A DNA stretch of 64,000 nt from Octopus vulgaris (Eukaryota): assembly GCA_951406725.2 (NCBI GenBank), contig OX597818.1:76880001-76944000 (forward strand), given 5' to 3'. Within the stretch, counting starts at the first letter, position 1. Each line of letters begins with the position of its first letter. A program made the position numbers and the translations under genes. This document shows positions 38,753-53,187 of the stretch, one piece after another. The notes under the pieces are model-generated. The model was not told the DNA's origin and made no database searches. It saw nothing but the letters and a program-made list of their open reading frames with translations.

Positions 38753-40968
38753 CTAGCAGAGACACCCAGCGTTGCTTGGAATTAAAATAGCATAGTTTGT
38801 ATATATACATATATTACAGTTATGTTGAAACAGGTGATACGGGAAAGTGCAGCATTGACATCAAGACATTTATGGAGTAAATTTTAAAGCTAGCACTACA
38901 ATTTGGACAGAATTATAATTTTTATAAGAATGGGATGGATCATATCTGAAAGCAGCTCCAGAAGTTGTGAAGAATGAATTTGTACATAATCTGTTTCTGA
39001 GAGCTATTCTAAAGGACGTGTGGCATGTTAAATGTTGTTTTAATGATTCAGCATTAAGTGCTGCAGCATGCCTTTGCTGATGTTGGGAAACTCTCATCTC
39101 CCTTCTATTTTGAGACTATCTGACATGCTGCAGTTTGCCTTTGCTGATCTTGAGACTCTCGCCTTTGGTTTTCTGCAATCCTCCTTACTTAATAGGTGTT
39201 TCTGGAGAAATTACGTCTTTTTCTTTGGTGGCATATTTTTTTTTAATATTGTAAACAAAAAATTATGAACATATAAAAAAATATACATTAATTTCTATTT
39301 TTGTAAGTAGTTGTATGTATGTAGTATGTCTGTATTTTTGCATGCCGTGTAAATTAACCAAATATAAGTAAACTGTTTATACTTTGCAACCTTGCAACTG
39401 CTGCGATAATTATGAACTGGTAATTGAATGGTAAATGTGTATTTTTATATACCTTGGACCTGCCACATAATTGTCTTTTGTCAAGGGTTTCAACTGCAGC
39501 CGTTCTCGTCACATATGTATATGTATGTGTAGATGTGTGTGTGTTTAATAACATATGTAATGAATGCACAAACACCCACACACTCACAGTCACATACACA
39601 TTCATATACAAAATGTGATGATACATACACATACACTCTCACATAGCCACATACATATAGTAAGAGAGACACATACAGACATACATTCACACATGTCAGT
39701 CATCACATATGGATATGTAGATGTGTGTGTGTGTGTGTTAAATAATGTACTTAATACGGAAACGCATACACAGTCAGAGACATACACACTCATATACAAA
39801 ATGTGACATCGTCATCGTTGTGATATAATATGTCTTTTACTATCTCATACATATTGAATGCACAAATACACACACAGACAGATACACACTCATATAAAAT
39901 GTCCTGTACTATAGAAAGATTATGTCTATGAAATGTTATATTGTTTTAATGGAAATGAAAAAGAAGTTACATATTGACAGTCGTGGAGTGTAATACTATA
40001 TATTAAGAGAGACACACACACACATACATTCACACATGTCAGATGTGACATATATATGCATGTGTAGATGTGTGTGTGCATGTGTTGAATAACGTCCCTA
40101 ATATGGAAACACACGCTCAGATACATTCACAGTCATACACACGCACACATACACTCACAGACACATAGACACTCAAAAACAAAATGTGATGTTGTCATCG
40201 AATGTGGAAACACATACACATTCATACACTCACACACATACACACTTATATGCAAAATGTGACGTTGCTGTCATCGTATAAAATGTCCTGTAGTATATTT
40301 GACTTTAGAAAGATTAACTCTATAAAATGTTATAATGTTTTAATCGAAATGAAAAAAAATTACATGTTGGTATTTGTGGGGTGTGATACTATTACCTTGT
40401 AAAATTTGATTTGATTTGGTGGAGCTGTTTGAGAATGCACTGGGAACAGACACACGAAGAATTTTATATGATTAACCAAATAGAAGCACATGTACGAACT
40501 ACTAATTTAACGGTGAATGTCACAATAATTATTATAGATAAATTTCTTAATATATATATATATATAGATATATATATTAAGCACATGTATTAAATGTTAA
40601 TTTAAGGGTTAATATGTAACTGTAAATTACCTTGCAAACTTGCAACTTCTGTGATAATTATTCACTGATAATTGAACAGTAAATGTATATTTTTATATAT
40701 CTTGAACTTAGTGTTATCACATTAGAATTAAAAGTGAAAGAATAAACATGAAACAGTATTGACTTTTGACACATAATACCAAATCTGTCTAAAAGATTGC
40801 TCCAGGCCCGCATCAGACAAGAAGTTGAAAATTGTTTTGGTCCATGACACTCCATGGACCCTAAGTAATGCATGTGTAAAAGTTGAATGAAATCAGTTGG
40901 GTAGTTCTTGAGGTTTAGGGATTCACACATACAGGCAAACACACACACATTCTTGGTTTTATATATAT
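38753..40968 (-). mobile_element. Internally deleted Helitron (~2.2 kb) with a RepHel N-terminal remnant (39234-38840)
   Basis: Minus-strand 5' TATATATATAAAACCAAGAATG and 3' hairpin CCAAGCAACGCTGGG..CTAG. Remnant MPPKKK(RRNFSRNT)...AAFRYDPSHSY is typical of Helitron ORF starts. Internal duplicated CA-rich modules. Confidence 0.72.
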
Positions 40969-41792
40969 AAATTTTTATTTTATATATATATATTAATGTT
41001 TGTTTGTGTGTGTGTGTGCACGCATATGTGAAAGTTTTTGTTTCCTTGTTTTGACATCACATGATAATTACAAATGTATATCACTGTCATACAAGCAATG
41101 TCCTACATTTCCAGTCTTCTGTGAAAATATGTTTGGTCATGGGGGAAGTATTATCTCGCTTGGAAATAAGTGGGTGTTCACAAGAGGAAAGACATCTGAC
41201 AAGAAAATCTGCCTCAACCAATTACATCTAACTGATGCATGCATGGAAAATGGACATTAAAACAATGATGATGATAGAATGCCTTTTGATGTTTGTTCTG
41301 ACTCTCTGTGCTATGAGTTGAAATCTCACGACAGTCAACTTTATCATTCATCTCTTCAGGGTCAATAAAAATGTACCAATGTGGATTGATACAATCATAA
41401 GAATATCAGACTGGATGTCTTGTAGTATTTATTCCAGTTCTTGGCATTCTGAGTTCATATCCCGCCATGGACCTACACAGGTGGTAGGTTGAATCTATCA
41501 CTCAGTGTAATACTACCACCTGGTCCTTGAATCCCTTTACAAGAGTCCTCTCTGTTGCAAATATTTGAGTCAGGTTTCCAGGAATAAAAGAATACCTTCT
41601 TCCTTCTGTAAAGGGTCATAAGGACCACCTTCCTTCCTGACTAAAAATTTTATTTTTTAAATAAAACGATCCAATGTGTGGTTAAGAAGTTCATTTTGTA
41701 ACCACATGGTTTGGGATTCAATTCCACTGTAGGCACTTAGGGCAAATGTTTTCTACAATATCACTGGGCTAACCAATGCCTTGTGAGTAATT

Positions 41793-42080
41793 ATAGTAGA
41801 TGGAAACTGTGTGGAAACCCATCTGGAGGTGTGGGTTATGGTCTCAACACTTGTATAATCAATCAGGCTGTACACAAGGGAGTCATACCCAATGACTGGT
41901 GTTGCAGCACCATAGTCAACTGTTACAAAGGCAAAGGTGACATCTTAGACAGAAATAACTACAGAGATATCAAATTGTTGGATCAGGTGATGAAAGTTAC
42001 AGAAAGGGTCATAGCCCAACTAATTAGGAAGAGAATTAGGCTAGATGAGATGCAGTTTGGTTTTGTGCCAGAGAGAAGCA
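41793..42080 (+). mobile_element. RTE-clade RT fragment fused to a SINE head
   Basis: ...NNYRDIKLLDQVMKVTERVIAQLIRKRIRLDEMQFGFVPERST. Confidence 0.88.
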
Positions 42081-43603
42081 CCAATATTTCCCTATGGCCA
42101 GACATATTTTGTAAGCAAATTGGAAATGAAGGATACTGTTTGTATGACAGTAATACTCCTTTATGACAATCATGTGATGCCAAGACATAGGGGTACAAAC
42201 ACATACACACATTATATATATATATATATATATATGTAAACATACACACACACATAAGCTTTCATCAGTTTTTGTTTACCAAATCCCCTTACAAGGCTTT
42301 AGTTGGTGAAGGGCGATAGTGGAAGACAATGCCCAAGTTGCCATGTAGTGGGACTGAACCTGAATCCATGTGGTTGGGAGAAAACTTCTTAACTACACAG
42401 CCATGACTCTGTGTGTGTGTGTGTGTATTATGTACAAGAAGAGACACAGAGGAGAGAGAGAGTGAAAGAGAGTGAAGAAGAGGGGAGAGAGAAAGAAAGG
42501 GGGAAGGGAAGAGAGAGATGTGTTTATGTGGATATCTCTGACTCAATAATCTCCTTTGCTACTACAGCACACCAACTGTATGTAGGACCATAGTAATAAT
42601 AGTAATTAACTATTACATTTACTAATTAGATTGTGTGGAGGAAAGAAGAACTTAGTTTTGTTGTACCATTCTCTCTCTTCTACAACAGACCAACTTCACA
42701 TGATTAGACACTGCTATTCCATCAGAACATGAAGCAAAGAGGTACTTGCCAAAGTGGAACCAACTCAAAGATATTTGGTTGATTATATTTAGTACAGCAC
42801 TGATGATTTGAAAGTATTTTTGGCAAAGGTGAGGATGGGGTGGGGGAGATGGAAGTGGTGATAAAGCAAATGAGCAGGTGTACTACTATTTTAAGATGAA
42901 TCAGCTTCCAATTATGAAACCCAAGACAATTCCATATCCTTGTTAAAACAGTACTTTACCTTTAATTATTTTTACTCCATCTCTAGAATATAGAAGCTTA
43001 CAAGGTAGGTGTGTATATGTGTCTATGCATGTATGTATGAGTGTGTTTTTGCCTCCCACATTGCCAGGAAGAACCATCACCATAACAGGTTGGATGTCCA
43101 GTCAGGCATGCCAAATCATCAATGTCCAAACAGTTGCACCTAATTGTCTCATTCTTTAGTCTGGATTGGTGCCCCAAAAGGATGGAAGACAAAGCTGACT
43201 TTAGTGTGATTTGAACTCACACTACAGGGCTTGTTTGGGGAGAGGCTATCAAAAAGAAAGTAAAAAACAGGGGAAACAAAAAACACCAAAGATAGATTTG
43301 GTCTCCAGTGGTCGGCTGCTGCTGGCATTGTTCTCTGATGTTGTTGTTTGAGATTCAGTCACATAAAGAGACACCACATTTGGTACACTTTGTACTTTAC
43401 TATCTTAAAAAGGAGACACTGGATAACATGGTCCTGGGTTTGTGCACTGAAGGAAAAGATGGGATGGTCACAGCTGGAATGCCTTTGATCATACACCTAT
43501 TTGACTAAAGGCATTCCAGTTGTGACCAACAGGACTAACTTAGAGTTAAGCAATAACAACAGCAACAATCAGGAATAAGGAAAGAAACAAAATCAATATT
43601 TAC

Positions 43604-43978
43604 CTGGAATCCAAGGCAACGTCCATAAAAACAATCTTGACTAAGAGAATCAAATTCTTTCAAAAGTCTAAAGGCAACAGGGTCTTTGAGGACATCTTTA
43701 TCAATGAACAAGGAATCTTTTGGACAATAATTCATTAGCTGACATGAGAAGTACAAACAGGCACGGAGCTGTCCAAGAACAGTAACGTAAGATTCTAGTT
43801 CTCTTGTATAATGGACAATACGAAAGAGAACACAGTTTCTGTTTATCATGATATATCGACTCAGCTGCAACAAGTGGAGACAACATTTCTGTATTATCAT
43901 GAGTAAACTTCGGTAACCATTTGCAGGAATTTCAGGTGAGATATCATAGCTGGCCAAATGAGGTAGAAGTATACCAAG
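43604..43978 (-). CDS. LIPE: Hormone-sensitive lipase, coding exon A (HSL N-terminal domain, 125 codons)
   Basis: Translates LGILLPHLASYDISPEIPANGYRSLL...ELESYVTVLGQLRACLY...SLSQDCFYGRCLGFQ, matching the HSL hallmarks PANGYRSL and CFYGRCLGFQ. Acceptor ttttacttgcAG, donor GTaaat, 375 nt, phase 0. Confidence 0.95.
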
Positions 43979-44789
43979 CTGCAAGTAAAATAAAATATAA
44001 ACTGTTTGAATAAAATAACTTAGTAATATATGTTTTAAGAAATGTTTCCCACATTCAGGGTTTGGCCAGCACCATGGGAAATAGAGATAAAAGGGATAAT
44101 TACACAGTGTAACATGATTTTTGTCCTTCGGTAGCGACTGTTATTTCCTATTTGCTTATCCCTAGAATGTATGGAAAATGGCTAATATTTCCTTCAAACT
44201 TTGCTTTTATTACAATATTTATTCAAACTCCAAAGTATCCCTCAACAAATGGCTATGATGCACCCTCCACCACTACTCCTGTTCATGATCAGAGATGCAC
44301 ATACTGTTAGCCACTGAGGGACATGCTCAAGTGGTTAAGGACAAGCAACTGACAAACAAATCTATGGTATTGAGCAGAATATTTGCTATAACAATATTTC
44401 TGCTTCAGCAATACAGTGCTGAATCTGTCTGAAGCAGGGGCAGGTTGACAATGTTGGCTTGCTGTGAAGCAAAAAGAAGGGTATCTGACTGTAGAAAAAT
44501 CAATCTCAACAAATTTCATCTGACTTATACAAGCATGGAACAGTGAATGTTAAAATGATGATGGTGGTAGTGATGATGATGACAATAGTGGTGGTGATGA
44601 TATGCATCGACCCCAGTACTTATTATTTTAAGCTTGGTACTTATTCTATCGGTCTCCTTTGCTAAACTGCTAAGTTACAAGAATGTAAACACACCAGCAC
44701 AGGTTGTCAAGTGGTGTTGAATGACAAACACAGACACAAAGACAGACAGACAGACAGACAGACAGACACACACACACACACACACACAG

Positions 44790-44820
<31 letters not shown>

Positions 44821-45737
44821 TATAATGATAGACTTCTTTCACTTTCTGTCTCCCAAATCCACTCACAAGACTTTGGTCAACCTAAGGCTATAGTAGAAGA
44901 CAACTGCCCAAGATGCCATACAGTGAGGCTGAACCCTGAACCATGTAGTTGGAAAGCAAGCTTCTTACCACTCAGTCATGCATGCACCTATATATTTACA
45001 GTAAAAAAAAAAATAAATAAACACCAAATGAGAAAAAAATAAAGCTTTCTATAACACAGAATAAATTAATAAATTCTGTAAAATAAAAATTTCTAATATA
45101 ACCCCTAATCTCTGATTTGAGGATCTTGTATTAAATCAATTGACTACTTGTACAGCATTTGCAATCTTTGTTAAGAAGGATTAAAGTTAACCAGACTCTT
45201 ATTTCTGTCCTCAGAAACCAGGAAGACTGTAGGAAGTTAGAAAATTATTCAGCTTATTATTATTATTCAGGTTATATGCAGGTGACAATAGCAGCGAGAT
45301 TAGCTTATCTCTTTTGTACAAGCTAATCTTCTTAAAAATGTTAATATAAAGGGACAATATAGATAATATGTAACAGTATTTTACAGTGAAATTAAAGTAA
45401 AATATTTTAAGCAACAAAAAGTATAATTACAAAAATAAAGTTCACTTGTGAGCTGTGACCTTATAAAGTATTTATTTTTCAAAGGAAATACTAGCGAGTC
45501 AAATTAAAGGGCTCACTACAGCTCAGACATTTATATATATACACATAAAAGCTTAGCATTATTTGTAATTCTAAGACTGAAACTAGTAAATGAATTAGAA
45601 TATAAATGTGTGAGTGTGTGTGTTTATGTATGTATATATACATGAGTGTGTGTACACGTGCATATGTATGTGTGTGTGAGTGTAGAATGTATATGTAAGA
45701 GTGTGTGTGTATATGTGAATGTGTGTCTATGTATGTA

Positions 45738-45789
<52 letters not shown>

Positions 45790-46349
45790 CATGTGTGTGT
45801 GTCTGTATATATATAAATGGGTGTATGTGTCTGTCTGTCTGTATGTATGTATATATATGAATATATGTACATGCCGCCATTGCCACCACCACCACCACCT
45901 CTTCAATTGTGTATAGCTACTTAAATGTTGGATAAAAATGACAACTTCCTTACCAGAAGTCAACGAGACAACAGCCATAATGACAAGTACCACTAAGCCA
46001 ATTATATTTCAAAACCAAAACATTAATAACTATACGTTTCTAGTTCTTATTGTTGTTGCTGCTGTAATTGTTGTTATTTTAAAGTAAAAAAATAGCGGAA
46101 GTAAATGATAACATTCATTAGGAGCTCAACTGAATTCCGCAACAAAAGCAGATTATTATTTTTAATGCGTTTGACTTGAAAGTAATCTACTTAGTGGTGA
46201 CACCTAACTCACTCTCATCTCACTTATATCAATAAGTGATTTAGTGTTAACATATTCAACATAGGGAGGAGTGAAAAATGAGATACAGATAAACAAATAT
46301 GTTGCAAGATAGTTAAACAGACTGTTCTGTTAAAAAAAAAGAAAAAAGA

Positions 46350-46752
46350 AAGGTGCAGGAGTGGCTGTGTGGTAAGTAGCTTGCTTAACAACCGCATGGT
46401 TCAGGGTTCAGTCCCACTGCATGGCACCTTGGGCAAGTGTCTTCTACTATAGTTTCAGGCCGACCAGAGCCTTATGAGTGGATTTGGTAGACGGAAACTG
46501 AAAGAAGCCCGTCATATATATGTATATGTATATATATATGTGTGTGTGTTTTGTTTGTGTGCCTGTGTTTGTCCCCCACCCCACCCCAACATTGCTTGAC
46601 AACCGATGCTGGTGTAACTTAGCAATTCGGCAAAAGAGACCGATAGAATAAGTACTAGGCTTACAAAGAATAAATCCTGGGGTCGATTTCCTTGACTAAA
46701 GGCGGTGCTCCAGCATGGCCGCAGTCAAATGACTGAAACAAGTAAAAGAGTA
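46350..46752 (+). mobile_element. tRNA-derived SINE, type A (full copy)
   Basis: GGTGCAGGAGTGGCTGTGTGGTAAG...GACTGAAACAAGTAAAAGAG. Further copies at 47307-47710, 54030-54350, 56195-56690 (+) and 44600-44990, 56890-57225, 15760-16100 (-). Confidence 0.88.
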
Positions 46753-48409
46753 AGACAGATAGATAGTCAAATAGATTAGTTAGCAACAGCTGCATAGTTT
46801 TATGTTAGCTTTTTTCCAAGCTGGCATGGGTTAGATGTGACTTTGTAAAGAAGTGTTCTACAGTTGGATGCTCTTCATGATGTTAGTCTTTACTTGTTCA
46901 CGTGTAGGGTACAATATTCCTACCAAGCTGCCAGATATAAACAAACATTATTACTGCCTAAATAGGGTCAATTGCAAAAGCATGCAGACAAACAAATACA
47001 CTCAGTAACAACACAAAGTGGTCAACTGGTAGAGTCATTAGAATATTAGATACAATGCCTTGTGGTATTTGTCTGACACTCAGCACTCCAGATTCAAATT
47101 CCATTGACGTCACTTTCGTCATTCATTTTTGTGTGGCTGATAAAAAAAAAGTGCCAATCGAAGATGGTGAAGTGCTGGAATCATTTAGAACAGGGGTTGG
47201 CATACTTATTATATTACTGGCCTTTTCATAGCATCATTGAAAACTTATTGATACCTCTACCACCATTATGCAAGTTTCTAAAATAAAATTAAAAAGTACA
47301 ATTGATTGGCACAGGTGTGGTTGTGTGGTAAGAAGCTTGCTTCCCAACCACATAGTTCTGGGTTCAACACCACTGCATGGCACCTTGGGCAAGTGTCTTC
47401 TGCTATAGTCTTGGGCTGACCAAAGCCTTGTGAGTGGATTTGGTAAACGGAAACTGAAAGAAGCCCATCATATATATATATGTGTGTGTGTGTATAAATA
47501 TATGTTTGTGTAACTGTGTTTGTCGCCCCACCATTGCTTGACAACCAATGTTGGTGCGTTTACATCCCCATAGCTTAACGGTTCGGCAAAAGAGATCAAT
47601 AGAATAAGTACTAGACTAACAAAGAATAAGCCCTGGGGTCAATTTGTTCAACTAAAGGCAGTGATCCAGCATGGCCACAGCAAATGACTGAAACAAGTAA
47701 AAGAATAAAAGATTTTTAAAATTCCAAATTTTGGCACAAGGCCAGCAAGCATGGGGGAGGGAGTTAAGCCAATTATATCAATCCCAATACTCAACTGGCA
47801 CTTATTTCATCAACCTCAAAAGGATGAAACTCAAAGTCGACCTCAGCAGAATTTGAACTCAGAATGTAAAGACAAACAAAATGCTACTAAGCATTTTGCC
47901 CAGCACAGTAATGATTCTGCCAGCTTGCCACCTTCATTAAAAAGTATAAATAAGAAAAAAATTTCTAGATGTAAAACAATAATTCCTTCCCTTTTGCGCC
48001 ATAACTGCTTTTTAAGGAAGACTCGCATGTATGGGTCTTCATCAAAGAAAATCTTACACATACATGTGTAGATGTATGGTCAACACTGACTAACAGAGAA
48101 CTCCAACACAAAAAAAAAACAAAAAAATATATATAGGACAAACCTCTGAATAGTTTTCAGCTATCAAACTTCATTCATAAGGCATTAGTCAACGCAAAGC
48201 CATAACAGAAGATAACCCAAGATATCATACAGTGGGATGGAACTTGAAATCATGTGGCAGTAAAAGCCAATTCTAAACCACACAACAATGCCTGTACCTG
48301 TAAGCCATACATACATCTATAGCTATGTCTTTGCCTTGTGTTGGTGTACACATATTTAATGCAAAGAGCATTAAAATGCTGCCCAGAAATAAGCATGTGG
48401 TGTAGGTGG

Positions 48410-48920
48410 AAGCATGGCTGTGTGGTTAAGAAGTTTACATTCTAACCATATGGTCCCAGGTTCAATCCCACTGTGCAGCATCATGGACAAGAGTCTTCTA
48501 TAGAGTCAGGCTGACCAGAGCCTTGAGAGTGGATTTAATAGACTGAGACTGAAAAGAAGCCTATTGTGTGTGAGCGGGGGGTATATACATACATATATAT
48601 ATATATATATGAGTGTGTGTGCATATATACACATACACACCTGCATGTGAGTGTGTATGTATGTATGAGTTTCTGAGTACCCTTATCTTAACATCATGTG
48701 ATGATTGTAAATAAGCATCACTGTCATACAAGCGAGGTTGTTTGTTTCCAGTCTTCTGTGAAAACCATGTCTAGCCATGGAGGGCATATTAGCTTGCTTA
48801 GGAATGGGTGAGTGTTGATGACAGGAAGAGCATTTGGGTGTAGAAAATTTGACTCAATAAATGTGTCTGACCCATGCAAATATGGGAAGATAGACGTTGA
48901 ATGAGGAAGGATGGTGATAA
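48410..48920 (+). mobile_element. Composite SINE, type C (type-A tRNA head plus RTE-like tail)
   Basis: Type-A head and central TA/TG, then ACAGGAAGAGCATT...CCCATGCAAATATGGGAAGATAGACGTT. Related minus-strand copies at 12930-13420, 32870-33220, 36985-37380, 50075-50540 and 51235-51660. Confidence 0.7.
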
Positions 48921-51469
48921 GTAAACAGTAAAGTTAGCATCAACATATTTAATACATAGAACATTAAAAATATATAACTAGGAATGTGGTGAGAAAAAAA
49001 TTATATTAGTCAGTTTTCATCTGTCTGACAAAAAGGGAAGACAACTTCAGACATGTTTCAGTATTACTATAACCTCATAAGCTAAGTATATCCTTTACTG
49101 TACTAGTCAAAATAATAACAAAAGAACCATTATATACAAGATTATACATTGGCTGATGTAGGAAAATAAAATTATTTATGGAATGATTAAATCCAAAATA
49201 GACATAACTCAATTTTACTTGCCATTACAACATCAAAAGGAGATAGTAAATAACATGTACTGATTATTCAATATATAATGAGATAATAACTTTGCTGAGT
49301 ACAGTAAAAAGGTTAAATTACATTTAATTAGTCAATGTTCTTCCATGCTATATAATTCTGTGTTGGGACCCAACAGTAACTGAAGATGTTTTCTATAAGA
49401 TGGCAAGAGTTGGTTTTAATTTTTAGCAAAAAGTAAAACATCACAGAAATAAAGTGAAGAATTGTATGAACCAAGGCTTCTTATGGCGAGATCTAACATA
49501 CAGTGTGAAATAACTGGCTATCATTAAAAGAGAAGAAACAATGCAAGGGCTGTACCTAAAGCCCTTCTTTAAGTATGGTCATGTGACCTGGAACATCTAC
49601 AGACAAGTATGAAAATTTATCAATGCTGCAGAGATGTGGTTCCTTAGGCAAATGCTGAAGGTGTCCTACCAGGATAGAGCGACAAATATTGAAGGTCTCA
49701 GATGATCATAAACTCCCAGAAAACTCCTTAACATAAGGGGCAACAGGTTAAGTTCAGCTAACACCATATGAGAAGACAAACTTAAGTGACAAGTGGAAAA
49801 CTAAAAAGAAGCCAGGGAGGATAAATAAAGAAGATATGTGATGGCCTTACCATCTACCAAATTTCACTTACAAGGGATAGTAGAAGCTTCCCATATTACG
49901 GAATGTCCTCTGAACAGGCCCCAAACATTTCTAGAACAATAATCATTTTATAGAATGTTCAAAAAAGTTCATGCAGTTTGTGTAGTTCACCATATAGGTT
50001 ACCTTATTGCTACTGACATTGATCTGTAGGTTTTATTAAATACCTACTTTAAGGTTCACAAATGACAAACAAGCATCATCATCATTGTTTTAATGTCTAC
50101 TTTTCTATGCTAGCATGCATACATCAAATGAGACTACAGTTGGGAAGAATTTTCTGAAGATAGAGGCCCTTCCTGTTGCCAGCGCTCAGATGTTCCAGAG
50201 CAAGGCAATAATTATCCCAGTCTATCAAACAATGAACAGCCCACACATGCTTTCACAGAGGACTGCAAAAAAATGACAGTTTTGTGTGAATGGAGATCTT
50301 TTATTTACAATCAGTGTACAGCAAATACTGAGACAAAAAGAATATGCACATAGTCTACACTTCCCCCACACACACATACATACAACAAGCTTCTTCCAGT
50401 TTCCATCTAGCAAATTTCCTTCATAAGGTATCATTCAACCAGTGACTATAATAGAAGACACCAGCCACCGGTGTCCACAAAGTGGGAGTGAACCACAAAC
50501 CACATTGTTCCAAAACAAAGCTCTTAACCACACAGCCAACTCTAGAGAAGATACTCATTCACAATGGTTATTAGAAAATGAGCTGTGCTATTAGAAAACA
50601 ATGTTTCCAAATCAGTGAGTACAATTAAACAAGTAATAAGTTAATTAACTAACAGGGTAACCAATTATATAATACAATGATTAATTATTGAATAAATTGA
50701 TTATCTACTTATATAACTGAATATGTAATAAAAGTACAGATAAATTGACAATGACCTTGCATAGAAGAGAACATCAGCTGATAAAAGACATAAGATATAT
50801 GTAATGGTGATGACAGTGGTGAGACATTGACATTATCAGTGAGTGCAAGAAAGGGGTTATAATGAACTAGGCTAGATATACATAAAGGGTTCACAGAACT
50901 AGGTTAGAGATATCAAACACAGACAGAAAAATATTTGTCAAATTAATATCAGGACACATGAGCTCTATTTAATGGACTTTTACTTCAGAAGATCAAGAAG
51001 TAGGTAAGAAGATCACAGGTTGGAGTGTCTGTATTATAATTATATATTTTATATCAGGATCAGTAAACAATAGTGCCACTGGTTTGTGGTTCATTACATT
51101 TATGATAAGGAAAATGAGGGTGTTTTTAATTTGGTGCAGAACTGACACCGTAAAGGAATTTATTAGAAAATCAATGATTTTTTTTTTAGTTTTTCACATA
51201 CTTCACTTATATACATAATATCAACATCCTCCCTATCATCATTTGTCCACTTTCCCCTGCTTGCATTGATCAAATGGAGTTTATTGAAGTAGATTTTCAA
51301 AGGCCCTTCTGGTTGCCAACCTCTGCCTCTTTCCAAGAAAGGTAATATTTCCTCATTGAAAAACATGCTTTTGCACAATATTCAAAATGAATGACACTGT
51401 TTGTAGGACACTAATACTCATTTACAACTATTATGTGATGCCAAGACAAGGAGGCACAACTACACACGT

Positions 51470-51515
<46 letters not shown>

Positions 51516-52261
51516 CAGGCTTCTTACTGTTTTCCTCATAAGGCTTTGGTCAGCATGGAGTTATTGTAGAAGACACTTGTTCAAAGGGCCATGCGGTGAG
51601 ACCGTACCTGAAACCACATGGTTGGGAAGCAAACTTCTTAACCACTAAGTCATGCTTGTGAAAGGTATTCACATACTAAAGAGAGTAAACTGACAGAATC
51701 ATTACAGTTGCAAACAAAACACTTTGTGGTATTTATACCAGTCTTCTACAATCTGAGTTCAAATCCTACCAAGGTAAACATTGCTTTTCAACTGTCCAGA
51801 ATTGATAAAATTGTACTAGCCAGATTCTAAGGGTTGATGTAATCAACCAGCCTCCATACATCAAAATTGCTGGTCTAACATCTTATTTAGAAACAATTAA
51901 ACTGATTAGTAGGATCATTAGAACATGAGAAAATATAACTTGCAGTATTTGTTCCAGCTCTTTAAATTCTGAGTTCAAATCCTGTGATGATCAACTTTGC
52001 CTTTCATTCCTCTGAGGTTGATAAAATACCAGTCAATTTAATCAACTAACCTCCCTCTCTCTTCAAAATTTTAGGCCATGTACCTATGTTAAAAATAATT
52101 TTTATCAGCCAACTAATCAACCAATTAATTAATGAATTACTTGGTTCATTAGAGTCCTTTTTTCACCATCTACAATCCTATCAATGATGTGCCTTTATCT
52201 GCTTCACTTGTACCACAATCTAAATTCTCTGTGGTCTTCCTTCAGTATTTATAGCCTTTGG

Positions 52262-52321
<60 letters not shown>

Positions 52322-52913
52322 GCTTCAATTGGAAGGGAGGTGGTCATGGTCAGTTAGTCTCCCTCTCCCCATATACATACAAAGCCCTACATAGCACCAA
52401 CATACATACACACATGCAGATTAATGTCAGTGGCAAAAAATTCAACACAAAATGGAAAACACTCAGAAGGGCCAAATCGTACAAAAACGGGATTATACAA
52501 TGTGACATCAACATAGCAGTGAAGAGCCCCATACTCTAAAATATACAAACTTCTCATATGTACTTAAACATAAGATCAGAAATTTTTTGCAAATGCAAAC
52601 ATATCAGAAAACACTGGCTACAATACTGAAACACCACCACCTCCACATCTACCACAGACTACAAAACCTACTACCAAAACTTCCACAACTACCACAAACT
52701 ACAAAACCTACCACCACCTCCACAACTTCCAACAGACCAGACACAACAATATACAGTGTGTGTGTGTGTATGTATTTGTGAGTGAGTGATAGAGAGACCT
52801 TGTGTGTTGCTTATTTCTCTGTGCCTGGTTCCACAGTCCTGAAGTTCTAACGTTTTTTTAAGGGATATTTAATTTACATATATATGTATATACACTCGAA
52901 CATGACATACATG

Positions 52914-52980
<67 letters not shown>

Positions 52981-53148
52981 ACCAATACACATGCACCCAC
53001 AATGTATGTGCTCTTCAAACTGCCACAAAGTGGGTTTTCTGTATGCATGGGACTCAAACCCACACCTCTATATATTCATGATGTGTGCTACCATTACACC
53101 AACATACCCACTCGCTTCTTCCTGTTAGATTTAAAAACTATAATTTTC

Positions 53149-53187
53149 TACAATGATTTGAGAAGCAATGCTTCTCAAATCATTGTA
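53149..53187. repeat. Perfect 19-bp inverted repeat with 1-nt spacer
   Basis: TACAATGATTTGAGAAGCA-A-TGCTTCTCAAATCATTGTA. Confidence 0.95.

Noticed and set aside
46350-46425. tRNA gene
   Set aside because: tRNA-like SINE head with A/B boxes that runs into the SINE body. No complete cloverleaf or terminator.
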